64,000 nucleotides of DNA, taken from assembly GCA_051294905.1 (NCBI GenBank), contig CM119371.1:34226001-34290000 (forward strand), given 5' to 3'. This DNA is from Botryllus schlosseri (lineage: Eukaryota). The notes under the pieces were generated by a model. The model was not told the DNA's origin. It did no database searches and worked only from the letters and a program-made list of their open reading frames with translations. Each line of letters starts with the position of its first letter. Position 1 is the stretch's first letter. The translations under genes and the position numbers were made by a program. This document shows, piece by piece, positions 11,128 through 25,436 of this stretch.

Positions 11128-12559
11128 CAGTGTTGGGATCAAGTCACTGCCTTCGAGTCACGAGTCATCTCGAGTCATTGCAAATTTTGACTCGAGTCAA
11201 GTCAAGTCACTCAATTTTTGGAGGTGACTCGAGTCAAGTCGAGTCAAGTCAAGTCAAGTCACGAGTCAAGTCACAATTCAAGTCAAATTGAATTTTCGAC
11301 GTATGAGTGATGATTCAAAGTCGCAACATTTTGCCAGCTGTGTGAAAGACCGATAAATTAGCATTTTATCTTGAAACAAATAAAGAATATAAAGTTAAAT
11401 GTACATGAAAAAAGGCGTTGTATCGCACACACCACGTAGAACTTATAATAAAATACGTGAGTAACTGGATAGTTACATGCTACAGTGTGTTATTATCAGC
11501 CTAAATCAATGATATATGTATCATTGGCCAAAATAGAGGATCGAATACGAAGCCTCGGGAAGTTTAAACAAATTGATATGGTACAATACACGACCCATCT
11601 ACACGTCCGTGAGAATATAAACGCATAAACTATGTTCGATTTAAATCATACAAGAGGGTTGGTAAAGTTGAGCACAGCACAATGCAAGCGCTGAGTCATT
11701 CAAGAAACAGAGATACGTTGCTATTACGACTACTACGGTAACTATTGAATAGTATATTCATATTGAAATGAACCCGAATATTTTCGGCTGACACTTGTCA
11801 GGGGTAATCGTCAACAACTAGTAGAGAATTGGAAAGAACATTGTATATCAACAATCGTATCACAAAATGTGACGTCACCAGCATGGCATTTCGAATGAGA
11901 GAGCGTTTAATGTTTGTTTGTTTTATTGGCACATCATTGGCGCTTATCGCTATTACAGTCATTTGCGCCCAGTACATGAATTTCATTAATGTCAGATGTC
12001 TTTTTTGCTCTTTGCTCCTTCATCGTGATCTTCAGCTGCCAGCTTTCAAGAGTTCGGCTCTCAGCGTTTAATGTACTATTTTAGGTGGTACACGAGCTCC
12101 TTTTGTTGACAGAGTTTTGGTTGATGTATTTTGATGAAAGTCGACTCCACGGCTACGGTGACGTAAGCTGTGATCATTACGTTTGCGGTCAATTTATTTG
12201 TGATGTAACTAGGGAGGACCATTGAAACGTACAATAAGTGAATGACTGGTTGCTCTCACAAGTGTTACCGACGTATCGCGAATAATCTTTATACACATGA
12301 ATTCATACAGTGATTTAGTCGACACCATTTCAGGGATATCTAGAAACTCTAGATATCCCTGCACCATTTACTTATTGATGACTTGAAATTTACTCGTACA
12401 CTTTGCTCCGAGTCACGAGTCAATCCACATTTTTGAAGCGCTGAGTCAAGTCCAGTCAAGTCATTTTTTGCAAAGTGACTCGAGTCAAGTCAAGTCATAC
12501 GAAAAAGTTGACTCGAGTCTGACTCGAGTCAAGTCATGACTCGAATCATCCCAACACTG
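11128..12559 (+). mobile_element. Complete non-autonomous hAT element with GACTCGAGTC/AGTCA subterminal repeats
   Basis: TIR CAGTGTTGGGAT...ATCCCAACACTG and perfect 8-bp TSD GTAAAATG. Confidence 0.9.
12331..12361. mobile_element. 31-bp palindromic mini-insertion (14-bp inverted repeats plus 3-nt loop)
   Basis: CAGGGATATCTAGA-AAC-TCTAGATATCCCTG flanked by 8-bp direct repeat CACCATTT. Absent from the paralogous site at ~2190. Confidence 0.8.
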
Positions 12560-15174
12560 GTAAAATGTCGATCTACAAGTATGTATTGAAGGTTGAAGTA
12601 GAGCCAGTCAGTGGCTTGCTGATCATTAAGTCCTTCTAGATGAGGTATAATTTGTTGTGTTGACTCCATAATATCTGGATTTATGCTATTTCATGAATTA
12701 TAAAATAGAATCCAGATTAAACTGCTCTAATGGTGGAACTAATTTAATCAAGCTGTTGGCCGACCCATATGCAATTCTCAGTATGTTGCTGTCGGAAGTT
12801 GGAATGATTATGGGTTTTGACGTGTATTTAAGCTCCTTTATTGTGGGAAAGGTGGCATAACATTCTGCACACGAAGCTCCTCTCCAGTTATCCAAGCCTT
12901 CGAAGCAGTACATAATTTCTTCTTTAGTCACACCGTCCCAATACTCCCATATCATTTCTTCATCCATAACAATCAGTCCCCCAGACTATAAACATATACA
13001 AGTAACAAAATGACAGCGGAGTACTTACCTACGGGCTACCTACGGTACGCAGTTTAAATTCGCAACAGAACATCGGTCCCTAAGCACTGAGAGACCATGA
13101 CCTATCCAAAACGTCATAATACATTCAATGAAAGAGAACAATGGGTCATCACTTCATCCTACATCCTCTATAGTGGTACTCCCCCCATAGTGCAGTTGTT
13201 CGTCCTCTTTTTGCAAATCGATTGCACGTTTCTTTAAACCTTCGCTCAAATACTCGCAATCCTGGTCTGGCTCCCATTTCCATCTTTTCCATGGAACACT
13301 TGATGTCACCACACTCATCCTCAGATACGACAATTTTCATGGTATGTTGATAGATAGCTACATCGATGAGGAGGTAGGCGCGGATTGTCTTGTCGAAATA
13401 TCCATAGGTCCATTTTTTCATGAAACTCTGAGCCCAGTGTGCACTTTTTCCTTCTCTGAATTAGGTATCAATGTTAACGACTTGTTGCTGATGGCCATTA
13501 CAGAGGAACCGTAACACCATTGCCGTATGGTTACAATGCCGTCCATGAGCATATTTACACTTTTCTGCCATGGTGGATTACTTAATGATAGCATTTCGTA
13601 CTAAAATTCTCGACATTTGTCAGAAATGTGCTTGATGATGCAGCCCTTTTTCAGAATCACTTCGCGGGCCGGATGAAATCGTTTCGCCGCCCGGATGCGG
13701 CCCGCGGGCTGTATGTTTGACACCCCTGGTATAGATATTACCAGCGTAATGTCCAGTAGACATATTTTCAACATGTCTTGGAAAATCGGGACCAAATTAA
13801 ATTTATTCACGATTGTTTTTCGTGATTTGTTTGCGATTTTCCTTCGGAATGTTCATTCTCGCAGTGACTCGACTGAATAATTCTATGAAGACATAGTGAT
13901 AGAGCGCCACTGAATTCACTTGAGCTCTGTATATCATTAGCAATATTCATCAAATTACTCACTTTTGCTAATCAGGCAGGCGCAGACGCCAGGAGACCGG
14001 GAAAAGATAAAGTGTACATCATGGGAGGGTAACACACGGCCCGCGGGCCGGTTATTCAAAGTCCGTATTGAAACGTTATTTTAAGTCAGGGGTCGCCAAC
14101 TCAGTTAGGCTCGCGCGTCACTTTTCAAATTTCGCAGAGGTCACGGCATAGGGGGCCGCAATAATGCAATATCGAGACAAAATAGGCAACACCGTTCAGC
14201 AACCACGTTTTTGAAACTTTACGTCGGCACTGCGTTGTGCTCTCTAACGTAGGCGACGGGCATAGTTACCGCAAAAGAAATACTACTTTATTGATGAAAT
14301 ATACTAATACGCGTGTCCCTGTTTTAAGTAATCGCTTTCAGATTCATTTGGCGTAAACGGGTTGTTGTTGTTTGTGACATCTATGGTGTTTGTCGACTAC
14401 TATGGCCATTTATACCAGGAAAATTTTCTTCATTTTTATTCCGTAGATGTCGACTTGTATGTAGCTCGGCCAACGTCTAAGCTTTTATAAAACGTTGCTT
14501 ACACGGATGAGATGGCGGCGAGGGGCGTAAACGGGTGAATTTACCGAATTGATAATTCTATGGCGATGAATATAAAACAGGCATTCTTCTGTATTGCTGC
14601 GTTTACTCGAAATTCAGCCACACAAGACGATATTCGTTAAAATTGTCATATGTACCTGTTATTATCGATGCGTGTCAGTTATTAAGGTGTTTACAGAGAA
14701 AATATAATTGCGTTTCAAGTATAGCCTGGTAATATGTCGAACACAAAGTCAGTGATCTGTGACATTCCCATTCTTGCACCGCTTTTACATAGGAATGAAT
14801 GAATCACATGTGAATTATGAATTAGAAATACCAATATTTTACATGAACTCTGCTCCAATTATATAATGTCGTAACACTGGTGTAGATTGGCGACACAAAG
14901 AACGGACTCGGCTCAGCGAGGCTCAGTTCGATAGAACCGGTAATAATCAAAAGCTACTGTCGTACCAATTCGAAATGAAAATTTAAATCTGATTAGGACA
15001 CTGCCTGTCAATATGAATTTGGACTTTAACATGTAATTTCAGAATAAATTTTCGAAATCCTATACTCATTACCAGTCGTGAACTTGGATATGCACATTGC
15101 ATATAATATGAAATTAAATGTAGTATTTCGATTCGGACTCGGAGTTGGATTTGAATCTCAAATACGGGACAGGA

Positions 15175-15290
15175 TAAATGGGACAGAGTGCGTCCGCGAG
15201 CAAGAATTGAAAATCTGTTATCAATATACGATTTTACACACTCTGGATGCGTAAGAAGGTGCTGCCCTAATGCAGAGTTACATGCCATGG
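15175..15290 (-). mobile_element. Penelope-like retroelement fragment (C-terminal part of GIY-YIG endonuclease)
   Basis: Peptide NSALGQHLLTHPECVKSYIDNRFSILARGRTLSHL resembles the SA.GQHL...C.....FSIL..R motif I recall from Penelope-like element GIY-YIG domains. Confidence 0.6.
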
Positions 15291-15496
15291 TCTGGTCATA
15301 GTCTCGCGGATGTCCTCTGTCCCATTTAAAGGTTCTCGAATCGACTATAATAAAACTCGAGCAACCAATTCTTTGTCGGCACGGCTCTATTCTATCCACG
15401 TATTTCATTAGTGTTGCGTCTCTGGCTATATATTATAGCCAATTTGTATTGCACTATTGCATTATTGCTTAACGCTCTCGCTTTGTGAACTCTCTC

Positions 15497-15501
15497 GTTG
15501 C

Positions 15502-15535
<34 letters not shown>
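15497..15535. repeat. (GTT)n microsatellite
   Basis: Direct reading of the tandem GTT run. Confidence 0.95.
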
Positions 15536-15701
15536 ATACCATTCTTACGTCACACTACCTATTTCTTGTAGTACAATGAGAGATACTTTCCTACATTCTT
15601 GGGTAGAAAGTGCATGTCCTTACTAAGAAGCTTGCCAAGGACGTTCAACAGCAGCAGTTGTTGGCTGACAACACTCAAGTTGTACGTACACTGATGGTGA
15701 C

Positions 15702-16751
15702 CAGTGGTGGCTTATGGGGTGAGCGAGGTGGGCGGTCGCCCGGGTCCTCCCCTGGTCGAAGCCCCCCGCCTCCTATTTGGATGGTGCGCTTCTTTCGCGG
15801 ATAATAACGAATAAACATGGAAATCCGTGTACCAAGTAAGAATATGATTCCGTACAGATGTGTCGATCATCATCAAATCTCTGCATTTGTTGGAAAAGTC
15901 CCGTATCCCGAAAATCATCACGTCTCGGCATGCGGTAGAATTTCTTAGTTTTGATGTAGTCTATCCTTGCACACTAGGGTTGTTCAAAAAAAAACTTTTT
16001 TTTCCAAATCTCACTCGCCTTGTGACTAAATCATCAGGTTGTCTAAGAAAACGATGCACACCAAATTTGACTCAATTCCAACCAGTAGAGGCCGTGCAAT
16101 CTTGAATTGAAATTTTTAATTTATTATTAAAAATTAAAAAAAAAAAAATTCAAATTTTTCTGTCAACCCCATGAAATTGTTGAGCTGTCTTCAAAGACGA
16201 TGCAAAACAAATTTGAGTCAATTCCGACTAGTAGAAGCGGAATTATTTGAGTTTTTCGTTGATAATCCCCGGATCAAGGATAGTCCCAGAATTATCAACG
16301 AAAAACTCGAATAACTCCGCTTCTACAAGTCGGAATTGACTCAAATTTGTTTTGCATGGTCTTTGAAGACAGCTCAACAGTTTCATGGCGTTGACAGAAA
16401 AATTTGAAATTTTTTTTTTAATTTTTAATAATGAATTAAAAATTTCAATTCAAGATTACACGGCCTCTACTGGTTGGAATTGAGTCAAATTTGGTCTGCA
16501 TCGTTTTCTTAGACAACCTGACGATTTAGTCAGTAGGCGAGTGAGATTTGGAAAAAAAAGTTTTTTTGAACAACCCTATTGCACACATGCAATAATAGAC
16601 ATGGCCGAATCCAGCACCTTACCGATCCTTACCGTGGTGAAAGATAGATAATAAAAGAGATGGGAAATGGGGGTATGGGGGCGCCCCGGTTAGATGCTTA
16701 TGGGGGCCCCACGGTAAGTATCCCCCCCCCCCGTTCGTAGGGCCACCACTG
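15702..16751. mobile_element. hAT MITE (CAGTGGTGGC...GCCACCACTG) inserted into a TAGGGC-family copy
   Basis: TIRs present. TSD ATGGTGAC/CTGGTGAC (7/8). Confidence 0.8.
15975..16578. mobile_element. Almost fully palindromic 604-bp MITE (hairpin)
   Basis: TAGGGTTGTTCAAAAA...TTTGAACAACCCTA. Arms of ~290 bp pair nearly throughout. Perfect TSD TTGCACAC. Diverged partial copy at ~22480-22620. Confidence 0.92.
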
Positions 16752-17527
16752 CTGGTGACACACCATGTTGCTTCATTCTGACAATGTTGTCTACATCACA
16801 ATTTTTCATCATGCACGATGCAATGCGCAAGAAGTTTTCGTCAGTTAGGACATTGCGGTACGTTGACCATGACACCATGTTTACCTACTTGTTTTATTTG
16901 ACCGTTTATGATTCACAATGCGTAGAAAATTATCCGTTTACAAAGGTAGGCCTATAAAATAGGCTACAAGCTGTAAAATATCAAATGATAAGTTCATCGA
17001 CAGTGCGAAATCTACGACACAAACGAAATGCAGATGTCAAAAAAATTTTGACAAATTTTGACCTAACGCTACAAGTTTGACAAAATTTTGACAAATTTTA
17101 CCATGTCAAAAAAACACCCTATAGTTATGACAGAACGAAGAAGAATGTCATTCAACTCACAATGCGTCGAGTCATTACCGAGCTATACTAAATGCCGGCA
17201 AATGACTTTCCGCGATAATTCGGGAATACGAGTGTCTCAAGCTAACTAGAATTATTACACGTGACAGATAATAGCAAACGAGGAAGCTCGTATCCTAATG
17301 AGTAATTCGAACACAAAGTGGTTCTGGATAGCATTTTCGCGGCAATTGTCGGTTGATTATAACAACAATCAGACTGGATTGCTGCTTTTCCCGATAAACG
17401 CTGGAAAAGCTTTTGAAGGAAGGAAATAATTCTAATTCCCAGGCATACGCAATAAAGCACTGCCAAATTGCACACTTCAATCAAAATGACTGCCGCCAAA
17501 ATCTGACCCACGAGTCATTGTGTACAC

Positions 17528-19433
17528 CAAGGGTCGGCAACCTACGGCCCGCCAAGCGAAATCGTCCGGCCCGCGACATAATGATTAGTTATCACAAGAA
17601 TACGGCCCGCCGCTTCATAATGAGTTTCAATCTGCAGTGCAGCGCTGCATGAAAGAAATGCGGCATCGCTACGATATAATAGTAGCCTACATCGTATTAG
17701 TCTATTGTTACGCCATAAAACGAATGTGGTTGAATTAGGAGATGGAGATAGACTAGACTGGATCAGTGCTTATATCAATCGGGTGTATCTCGCAACCGAA
17801 GGTGTTCCATACCTTTTTAAAGGGTTTACCACTGTAACGGGGTGTGACAATAAAGGTGTCCTTCCTTTGCTTCAAAAAATGCATGGAGCATCTCAGACGC
17901 AATGACGGAATCTCAAACTATTTAATTATAGATAACTAGCCTCCGTATGTTAGTTAGCCTGTCTATAGTTTGATTTTCCAAAAGGCATTGTGTGCCAAGA
18001 CAAACAACCTGAATAGTGTTTTGGCCACAATGGCGAAAACTGTTAATGATTTTTGTCTCATCAACTGAATCAGTTACGCCAGATATTACTAGAAGCAGAG
18101 AATCAATATGGCGATGTCATGTAGGCCTATATCTGTCATGTTCGCTCATTGAGTCGAACAGCTATGCTTACACGAGTGTATGAACTGTGAAATGAAATAG
18201 CAACTTTCCTCGAAAACACAAATATCGCCGACTCATAATCTTGTAATCGAAAATGGGTATCTCATCTTGCTTTCCTGGTACATTTAACGTCACATCTGAA
18301 CAAATTGAACTTGCAACTTCAGGGGGAAAACAACTACATGCATGAGATGCTGAGGAGCATTCAAAACAAATCTTTGACTCTGGAAATGTCAACAGTACAA
18401 AGAAAATTCTGCTCACTTTCCTATATTGGAGGAGAGAAAACCTAGTACCAACACTACATTCGTAACTGTGATACGAAATTCAACTACTGAATATTCACCC
18501 GCTTCTCCGACATTCCTTCTCTACAAAATGAATTCTGACTATTCAGTACTCTGTTTAATGTGGACGCCAATACCATTGCCTGAAAATTTCAAATGGGCCT
18601 TCTGAAATGCGATGCAGCTGAATTGAATGACAAATTTCATAAAAAGCATATCGCTGCATGACTTTGACAAAGAGTACGTTCTTGAAATTGGTCTTTATCC
18701 CAGCTTGACCAGCAATGCAAAAGAAATTGCATCGATTTTTGGAAGCACGTACGCATGTGAACAATAGTTTTGAACAATGAAATTCACGAAGAGCAAGCTA
18801 AGATCACGTATTTCTGACGTTCATTTTGAATAGGGTCTGATTCTTGTTTCATCTGACTTGTTACCAGAAGTAGAAGACCTTACACAAAGCAAGCTGCGTC
18901 AATCGTCACAATTATTCTGTGTCGTTAAAGTTGTTGTTTTTGTTGTTTATTAAACATAAAGAATGGCGCTTATCGCCTGACGGCCTTTTGCACCACGGCC
19001 AATAACATTGTACATGTTGTACATTAATGTAATGTGTATACTCATACAGGTGGCGACTGTGTACTAAGGCCTTGCGGCCCCTCGTCGTCATCCTGGTCCG
19101 TACCGGATTTTCACTGGTGTGACAAATAAAAATGATTGATTGATTGATTGACGTGGATAATGGCGGGAACGGAATAAATTGGATGCACTCAGATCATAAC
19201 AGGCGGTATCACAAGGACACGAGGGTAGACCAAAAACACGAGGGTAAGGCGGTTGCGCAAGTGTCGTTGAAGTGTAAATACGCGTGTCTTCGGATTGGTA
19301 TGAATGAGATTGCAGCAATATAGGATAATATACCGAAGTGAGCGTAAAATATAGTACCAAGAAAAAATCTGGCCCGCCAAAAGGTTGTCCATCGAAATTT
19401 GGCCCGCGACTAGCAAAAGGTTGCCGACCCCTG
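17528..19433 (+). mobile_element. hAT element (Buster group, SPIN/GTF2IRD2-like) with degenerate transposase
   Basis: TIR CAAGGGTCGGCAACC / GGTTGCCGACCCCTG and TSD GTGTACAC. Remnants include ATEGVP, LAFL and FGSTYACEQ*F*TMKFTKSKLRSRISDVH (~18738-18830) with stops and frameshifts. Confidence 0.88.
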
Positions 19434-20063
19434 GTGTACACGAAAACGAAGCTTGCAGCGATTACAGCCGCAAGAACAATTTGATTTGGATGAAGAGAAC
19501 ACATGTTGGACCGTCTAATCGCGTTTGGCATATTTGGCAAATTGAATAGGAAACTGTATTAGTTAGAAATTCTCTGCGAACCACTTGAAATAGCTTCGCG
19601 ACCAACCGGTTGGGAAGCACTACTGTGCATTAATGTTGTGAAATATTTACTCAATTATCTCCAAGTTATGAGAAGGATTTATGCGGAATACTAAATCCTG
19701 ATTGACATCGAGCCTTTACGCCTTTGTGCCCATATAAATTTTGGTTGTCCTTTCTCTAGTACATACATCACACCTGGTGCGTTGGCGAGATAGGATAGTG
19801 GTATGATCTACAGCTGCAACACCGATAGGTTGCAGGTGCGAGTCTGACTAGAGATAACTATCCTACGGATAGATACGCAACATTCGTCGTCACGCTTGCT
19901 TGCTTAAAGGCAATTACTGCTCAGCAATCTGAAAGCAACATAATTTCTAATGCCATAGCTGACGACCCGAGCGCTCAACCAACATAATGTTGATCTTATA
20001 CATTATACTTTCATCATACTTACATTATAATTTCATCAAGGCAATGAAACCACCCCGAAATAG

Positions 20064-20627
20064 CAGGGTTGTAATGACTCGAGTCACGATTTTTTGGTGA
20101 CTCGAATTGACTCGAGTCAATTTTTAAATGATGAATGACTTGACTCGACTCGACTTGAGTCAATTTGTGTATTGACCCGACGTGGACTCGAGTCATTGCG
20201 CATGACTCGAACCAAGTCATATGACATGAGGCTCGGATCTACCAAGACATACATTTCGTTGTAATTTCGAAGAATAGTAAAATTATACTATTATTTCGTC
20301 CATCAGTACTGATACTTGAAATTGCTACAGAAACTGTTAAAAGTTAGAAAACTTAGTATTTATGAATGCGAAGAATTCGATATCACCAAGCAGAGTTGTA
20401 ATAAGTGGGTTTCACTTGGCATTACCTCGGATCTGAACAGTCAAAACAATGACTTGGACTCGGATTAGATTCAAAACGGTATGACTCGGACTTGATACTC
20501 TACTCCGTGACTTGGACTCGGACTTGACTCGGTGGTGAATTGAAAATGACTCGACCTGACTCGAGTCAAAACTATAAAAGTAAGATTAACTTGTGACTCG
20601 GAACCTTGTGACTTAGTTACAACCCTG
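20064..20627. mobile_element. hAT MITE with GACTCG(A/G) subterminal repeats
   Basis: TIR CAGGGTTGTAA / TTACAACCCTG and TSD CGAAATAG. Related inverted remnant at ~55290-55830. Confidence 0.88.
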
Positions 20628-20668
20628 CGAAATAGTCATCTGAGTCTGAAAAACGGCATTGATTCAAG

Positions 20669-21659
20669 TAGGGATGGTGTGAACCTCGTAAACGTTCAGG
20701 TTCGTGTGAGCGCGAACCTTTTTGAAAGGTTCTGTGTGAACGCGAACGTGAACCTCATATTGCTAATTCCAACCCTACATTTCAGTGAAGTGATAGCCTA
20801 TATTATTGTACAGTAGTACAAGATACCTAGCGAAGAATCGGGCCACATAATGCCCCAATGCTGAAGTACATATTGACGTTTTGAACGTCACCAAATTCAT
20901 CAACTGGGGCAATCAAATAATATAATAATCCCGTGAAGTCAATATCTTCCGTTGCATTGCCAACAATTTCGACGAGTACTTGCAAGGGAATATAAGCTTA
21001 CGCCTTAACGGTCCAGGCCAGTCCGGGCGATGTGTTCGGCGTCTGAGTATTGCTACTTTGATATTGAGCGGGTTTCAATACTTGCTACCGATATTACCCC
21101 ATAAACAAGTTATACAGCAGTAGCCAAGTCGACACCCCAATCGCACGGATTTGGTTTTTATGGTACAATATACATATGAAATCAAGATTGACCACGTACG
21201 CCTGCTAGATTTTTTACATCAGACAACGATACCAATTTCATTGATTGGTCTAATAAGAATCATTTGCTGGCTATACCAGCATGTAGCGAATTTCGCTCTT
21301 GATGTTGTGTGATTGCGGGTCAGGATCACAGCTGAGATTCACTAAATATTCACAAATGGAAGGCTGGATATTTCAAGCAAACTTTTGTAACAAAACAAGT
21401 AAAACTTTTGAGATTGTCAAGGTGCATGCTCGTTTAGTGCTGATTTTTTTTATGCTGCCATCTCCATACATAGAGTGGCCCGCCGTTGAAATGCAATAAA
21501 GTTCAACCAAAGATTTTATATATTGAAGGCAAAAGTGTAATATATGAAAAGGGTTCACAGTGCAGAACCTACCAAGGTTCGTTTGTGAACGTGAACCTCT
21601 AAATTTCTGAGGTTCACACACAGAACGCGAACGTGAACCTCACGTTCACACCATCCCTA
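20669..21659 (+). mobile_element. hAT-type MITE with GTGAAC repeats (copy A)
   Basis: TIR TAGGGATGGTGTGAAC. Degenerate TSD GATTCAAG/GTTTTAAG. Colinear with 37900-38852. Confidence 0.85.
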
Positions 21660-23229
21660 GTTTTAAGCAATCGCAGCGACGCTGCACAGTGACCATAACA
21701 AAGACCCTTGCGTAGTTGCGATTGTTCCGAACAATGCCTAATTTCATACTTTGAGGTGTATTTCGAGGGGTTCCATTGCCCTGATCAAATTTTAATGTAT
21801 ATTTTCGGAATCGGTGCGGCAGTATTTTTCGATTAAGATCAACTTTATTTGATTTGAGTGCTCAGGTCGTCTGATATTTGATAAGCAATTACTTTGCTTT
21901 CGATTGCTGAACACCGAACAATAATTACCTTTGATTAATCAAGCCTGACAACGGGTGTTGCGTATCTATCCATAGGTTTGTTGTCTTTAGTCCTACCGAG
22001 GTGAACTACTGACTACCTTCCCAAGCGTTGGGGTTCATCTACGATCTTCCATCTAGGCGCCATCCGACCACTATCTTTTAAAGCTTAAAAGTGGGCGAGG
22101 CTACAAGTCGGCAGATACTAATTCATAATCAAAATATTGGCCTGGTGTAAATGACATCTTGTCGGAAAACACCATAAATACCGCAAACAACATGAAGAGT
22201 TCCAATACTGAAAGAGGGTGACTTAGCGCGCCCCACAGCAACAAAAAATATTTCTGACGATTTTGTAATATAGAGAAACACGATGAAAGAAATTGTAAAC
22301 AGCGTGGATAAATGGCTCGGTTTGGTATTCATGGTGTTTCAATGACAATGATAGTTTTTCACCGGACCAGTGTTTTTAATATAAGTCGAGATCCCTGATC
22401 TGCTGAGACTCGTAGTACAGCGCACTTTCGTTTTTGGATTTGCAAGAGACTGCACTCTCATCGAAAAGAGTGTGCGTTAGAGATGTTCAAAAAGAACCTT
22501 TTACTTCAATTTTCATCGGCTTAGTTGTCAAATCGTCAGGTTACCTGAAAAACGTTGCACCACGAATTCGACTCAATTCTAACCAGTAAAAGCCGAGGTC
22601 GGTCAAATCAAATTGAAATTTCGGTCAATTTTAAAATAATAGTAGTATTCACGGTGACCAATTTCGTCATACACTCATGACCAATAATCGTGTTCCAGGT
22701 ATGCCTGAAGAGGCAGGGTTGTATTTTCCAATCGTTTTGATCTTTACAAGGGTCTATGGTAGAGTTTGAATGAAAACATCGCAAATAAACGAAAAAAAGA
22801 TATAACACAGATTCGCTGGGAATTAGCCCACTTCATTGAAATAGCCACCTTAAAAGGATGGTGAGATAATTTTCAAATAGAGTACTTCACACACTGAAAT
22901 TAACGACCACGAGAAGGAAATGAACTGACAAGCAAGTAAAATACGGCTAAATATATTTCTCAAGTGATAGTAATATCTAGAAGTATTTTTGTCGGACCAA
23001 TTTAGATTTCACGAAATCTATCCAAGTTCTGCAGGGCATACCGATGTCTCTCTTCCTTACTTCGAAGTTTTTACTGCTTACAAAATCTCATTACGTTGCA
23101 AATATATGCCTGTATACTTTTGTTGACCAAATCCCCAAACTTCAAATACATTGTATAAGTATGCATGTAGTCAACAAAAACTCGTGCGAAACGCGAAAGT
23201 TTTTCATAGTGGATGAATACAGTCAATAA

Positions 23230-25243
23230 CACTGGTCTGCATTTTTCAACTTTTTTCTTTTTTTAGAACGATTAATTGTGTTTACCCAATTTGACGATGC
23301 TGATTCCGAATTTGCCATCAGAATTAACCCATCACGTCACATTTTTTCGAAAAAGTCGATTGGAAATCTTTACTAAAAAACGCCTGTATTAAGGGCGCAT
23401 TTGCCCGTTTTAGGCCCGTTTATGATGCGAAACACATCCTACAAAGCTCTCAGCGTATTTTATTGGAGCGAGGTTTTACTATCTGAAACTGAACCCTCCC
23501 AATGAAAATGATCCTTGGTATTTTCAAGAAATTTAGATGCAACTTCAATGAGGGAGAGTCGTGTATTTTTTCTAAATCCGACTTTCCAATAAGAAATAGG
23601 GGTTTTAGTGAGTACTCTGATTTGAAATCCAACAAATACACCCTCTTTAACCGTAACAGCACTCAAGTGAAGAAACGTTTCGTGACTGTATTTAGAACGT
23701 GCACTCTCTTTGATCAGAGCTTTTAAAAAAAATCATGAGATACAGTTTAACTTATAATGGTGGAAATACAACATTAGATCTGTCGATAAGAGCAGGCTTC
23801 AAAACATTTTTAAGCCTGGTGTAAGATACTCCCTCATGGGCCACTTACATTTAATTCAATGATTTCTACTGTTCCATTCACACATAAAACAAGGATAACT
23901 TGTAGTTCTGGATCGTTGAACCAGCAGTACATTTATGAGTTCAAATTCAACGGAAACCTTACACGTTTGAGTAGTTTGAATACTTTATTCCAAATTTAAA
24001 ATTCTCGTAAGACCTCTCGATGCCAGCTGTACCAGATACCGGGATAAAAGCACATTGATTTGTATTGTGCGACAAAACAGCTTTTAGGCTTGTTGCGAAA
24101 ATAAATAGGCGTAATTCACGGTTTCCAATGTCTCTATGATACTTTAGACATCGACACAATAGACTAAAGAAGGTTCGCCGGCAATGAAGAGAGCGTATTC
24201 ACTATCACGATGCATATACCAAGCAAAAGTGGTATCAGTGCAAAGTAGGCTATATGTTTGGCTTTTAATCTGAAGCCTACAAAAAGAGCAGATTCATTTT
24301 GCAAACTCAAATTTTTGACACAGTTATTCAGTTCAGCTTGATTCAACTTTATATAGGTGCTGATCACCATCACACTCATGCTGAGATCATTCTTCAGACA
24401 AATACTCTTCACCGAGAGAAGTTTTTGCCAACTGCTGATAAAACTTTTGAAGGGAATGCAATTGCAACATCTTGCCTCTGATAAGATAATCGTATTGCAC
24501 AAGTCTAATTGGATATTGAATGTTATGCTGATTTGTGACATTATATTAAAAAAAAACAAGAGAAAAAAGTAACAATCTTTTCCATGTCCATGTGGCTGTC
24601 TTCAAACCATATTGGCACACCAAAGGGTAAATATTTTTGTTTTCAAGTGCTTCACAGCCTCAATGTCGCTTTATTTTTCATTCATTGTGCTGTGCATACC
24701 TCTTCTTTACATCACCTAGCCCTAGACCTAGGTCTTATTGCAGATATCTTATGTGTGACTTCAAAGACTACTCCAAGTCGTTTCGGCGCCTTCCTATCTT
24801 TTCATTGTATCGCAGTCTTGTGATGTTTTGAAAGGAAAAAAATATTATTAAATTGATGGTGATATCAAAAACCAGGCCTATATAGTGACTTTTTTACATA
24901 CTTGTAAAAAGTTACTTTTACATCTATTCGAGTAGAAATTGATACCGATACTTCTACTTCTACTTGAGTGAAATTGACGCCATTACCTGGACTTCTACTT
25001 GAGTACCTATGGTATGTACTTTGACCACTGCTCATGACGTCACAATGGTGATAGCTATTACCAAACAGCAAGGAATACGTCACAAAACAGGCTTTTTTAG
25101 CACTAAAATGCAAAATTTTAAGTCCCAGATTATTAAAAATCCTGACGTAAGAAAAAAAGCGACTTCATATTCGTAATCAGTGTACGAAAATTGACTTAAT
25201 AGTCATCATTTTGGCCAGAAAAAAAAAATGATGCCGATCAGTG
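23230..25243 (-). mobile_element. Chapaev-3-like DNA transposon with decayed transposase
   Basis: TIR CACTGGTCTGCAT / ATGCCGATCAGTG and 3-bp TSD TAA. - strand remnants LPFGVP, NQAELNNCVKNLSL..GFRLKAK and LRLFI..SLKAVLSHN...IPV...YEN match transposase motifs I associate with this group. Confidence 0.75.
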
Positions 25244-25436
25244 TAATTGTTGCTTGTATATATCGGTATACCGCTGGGCTCAGTTTGCAAGGACTTGACT
25301 ATTCAGCGCCTCGACATATCAATATCGCAGGTTTCGGCGTTTCTAATTCTGTACCAAGGTGTCATCGCCGCAGAGTCGCATGTTACACGACACGTTCTCT
25401 CATCTTTGCGAATATGGTTAAAGTCAATTCTGTTAA

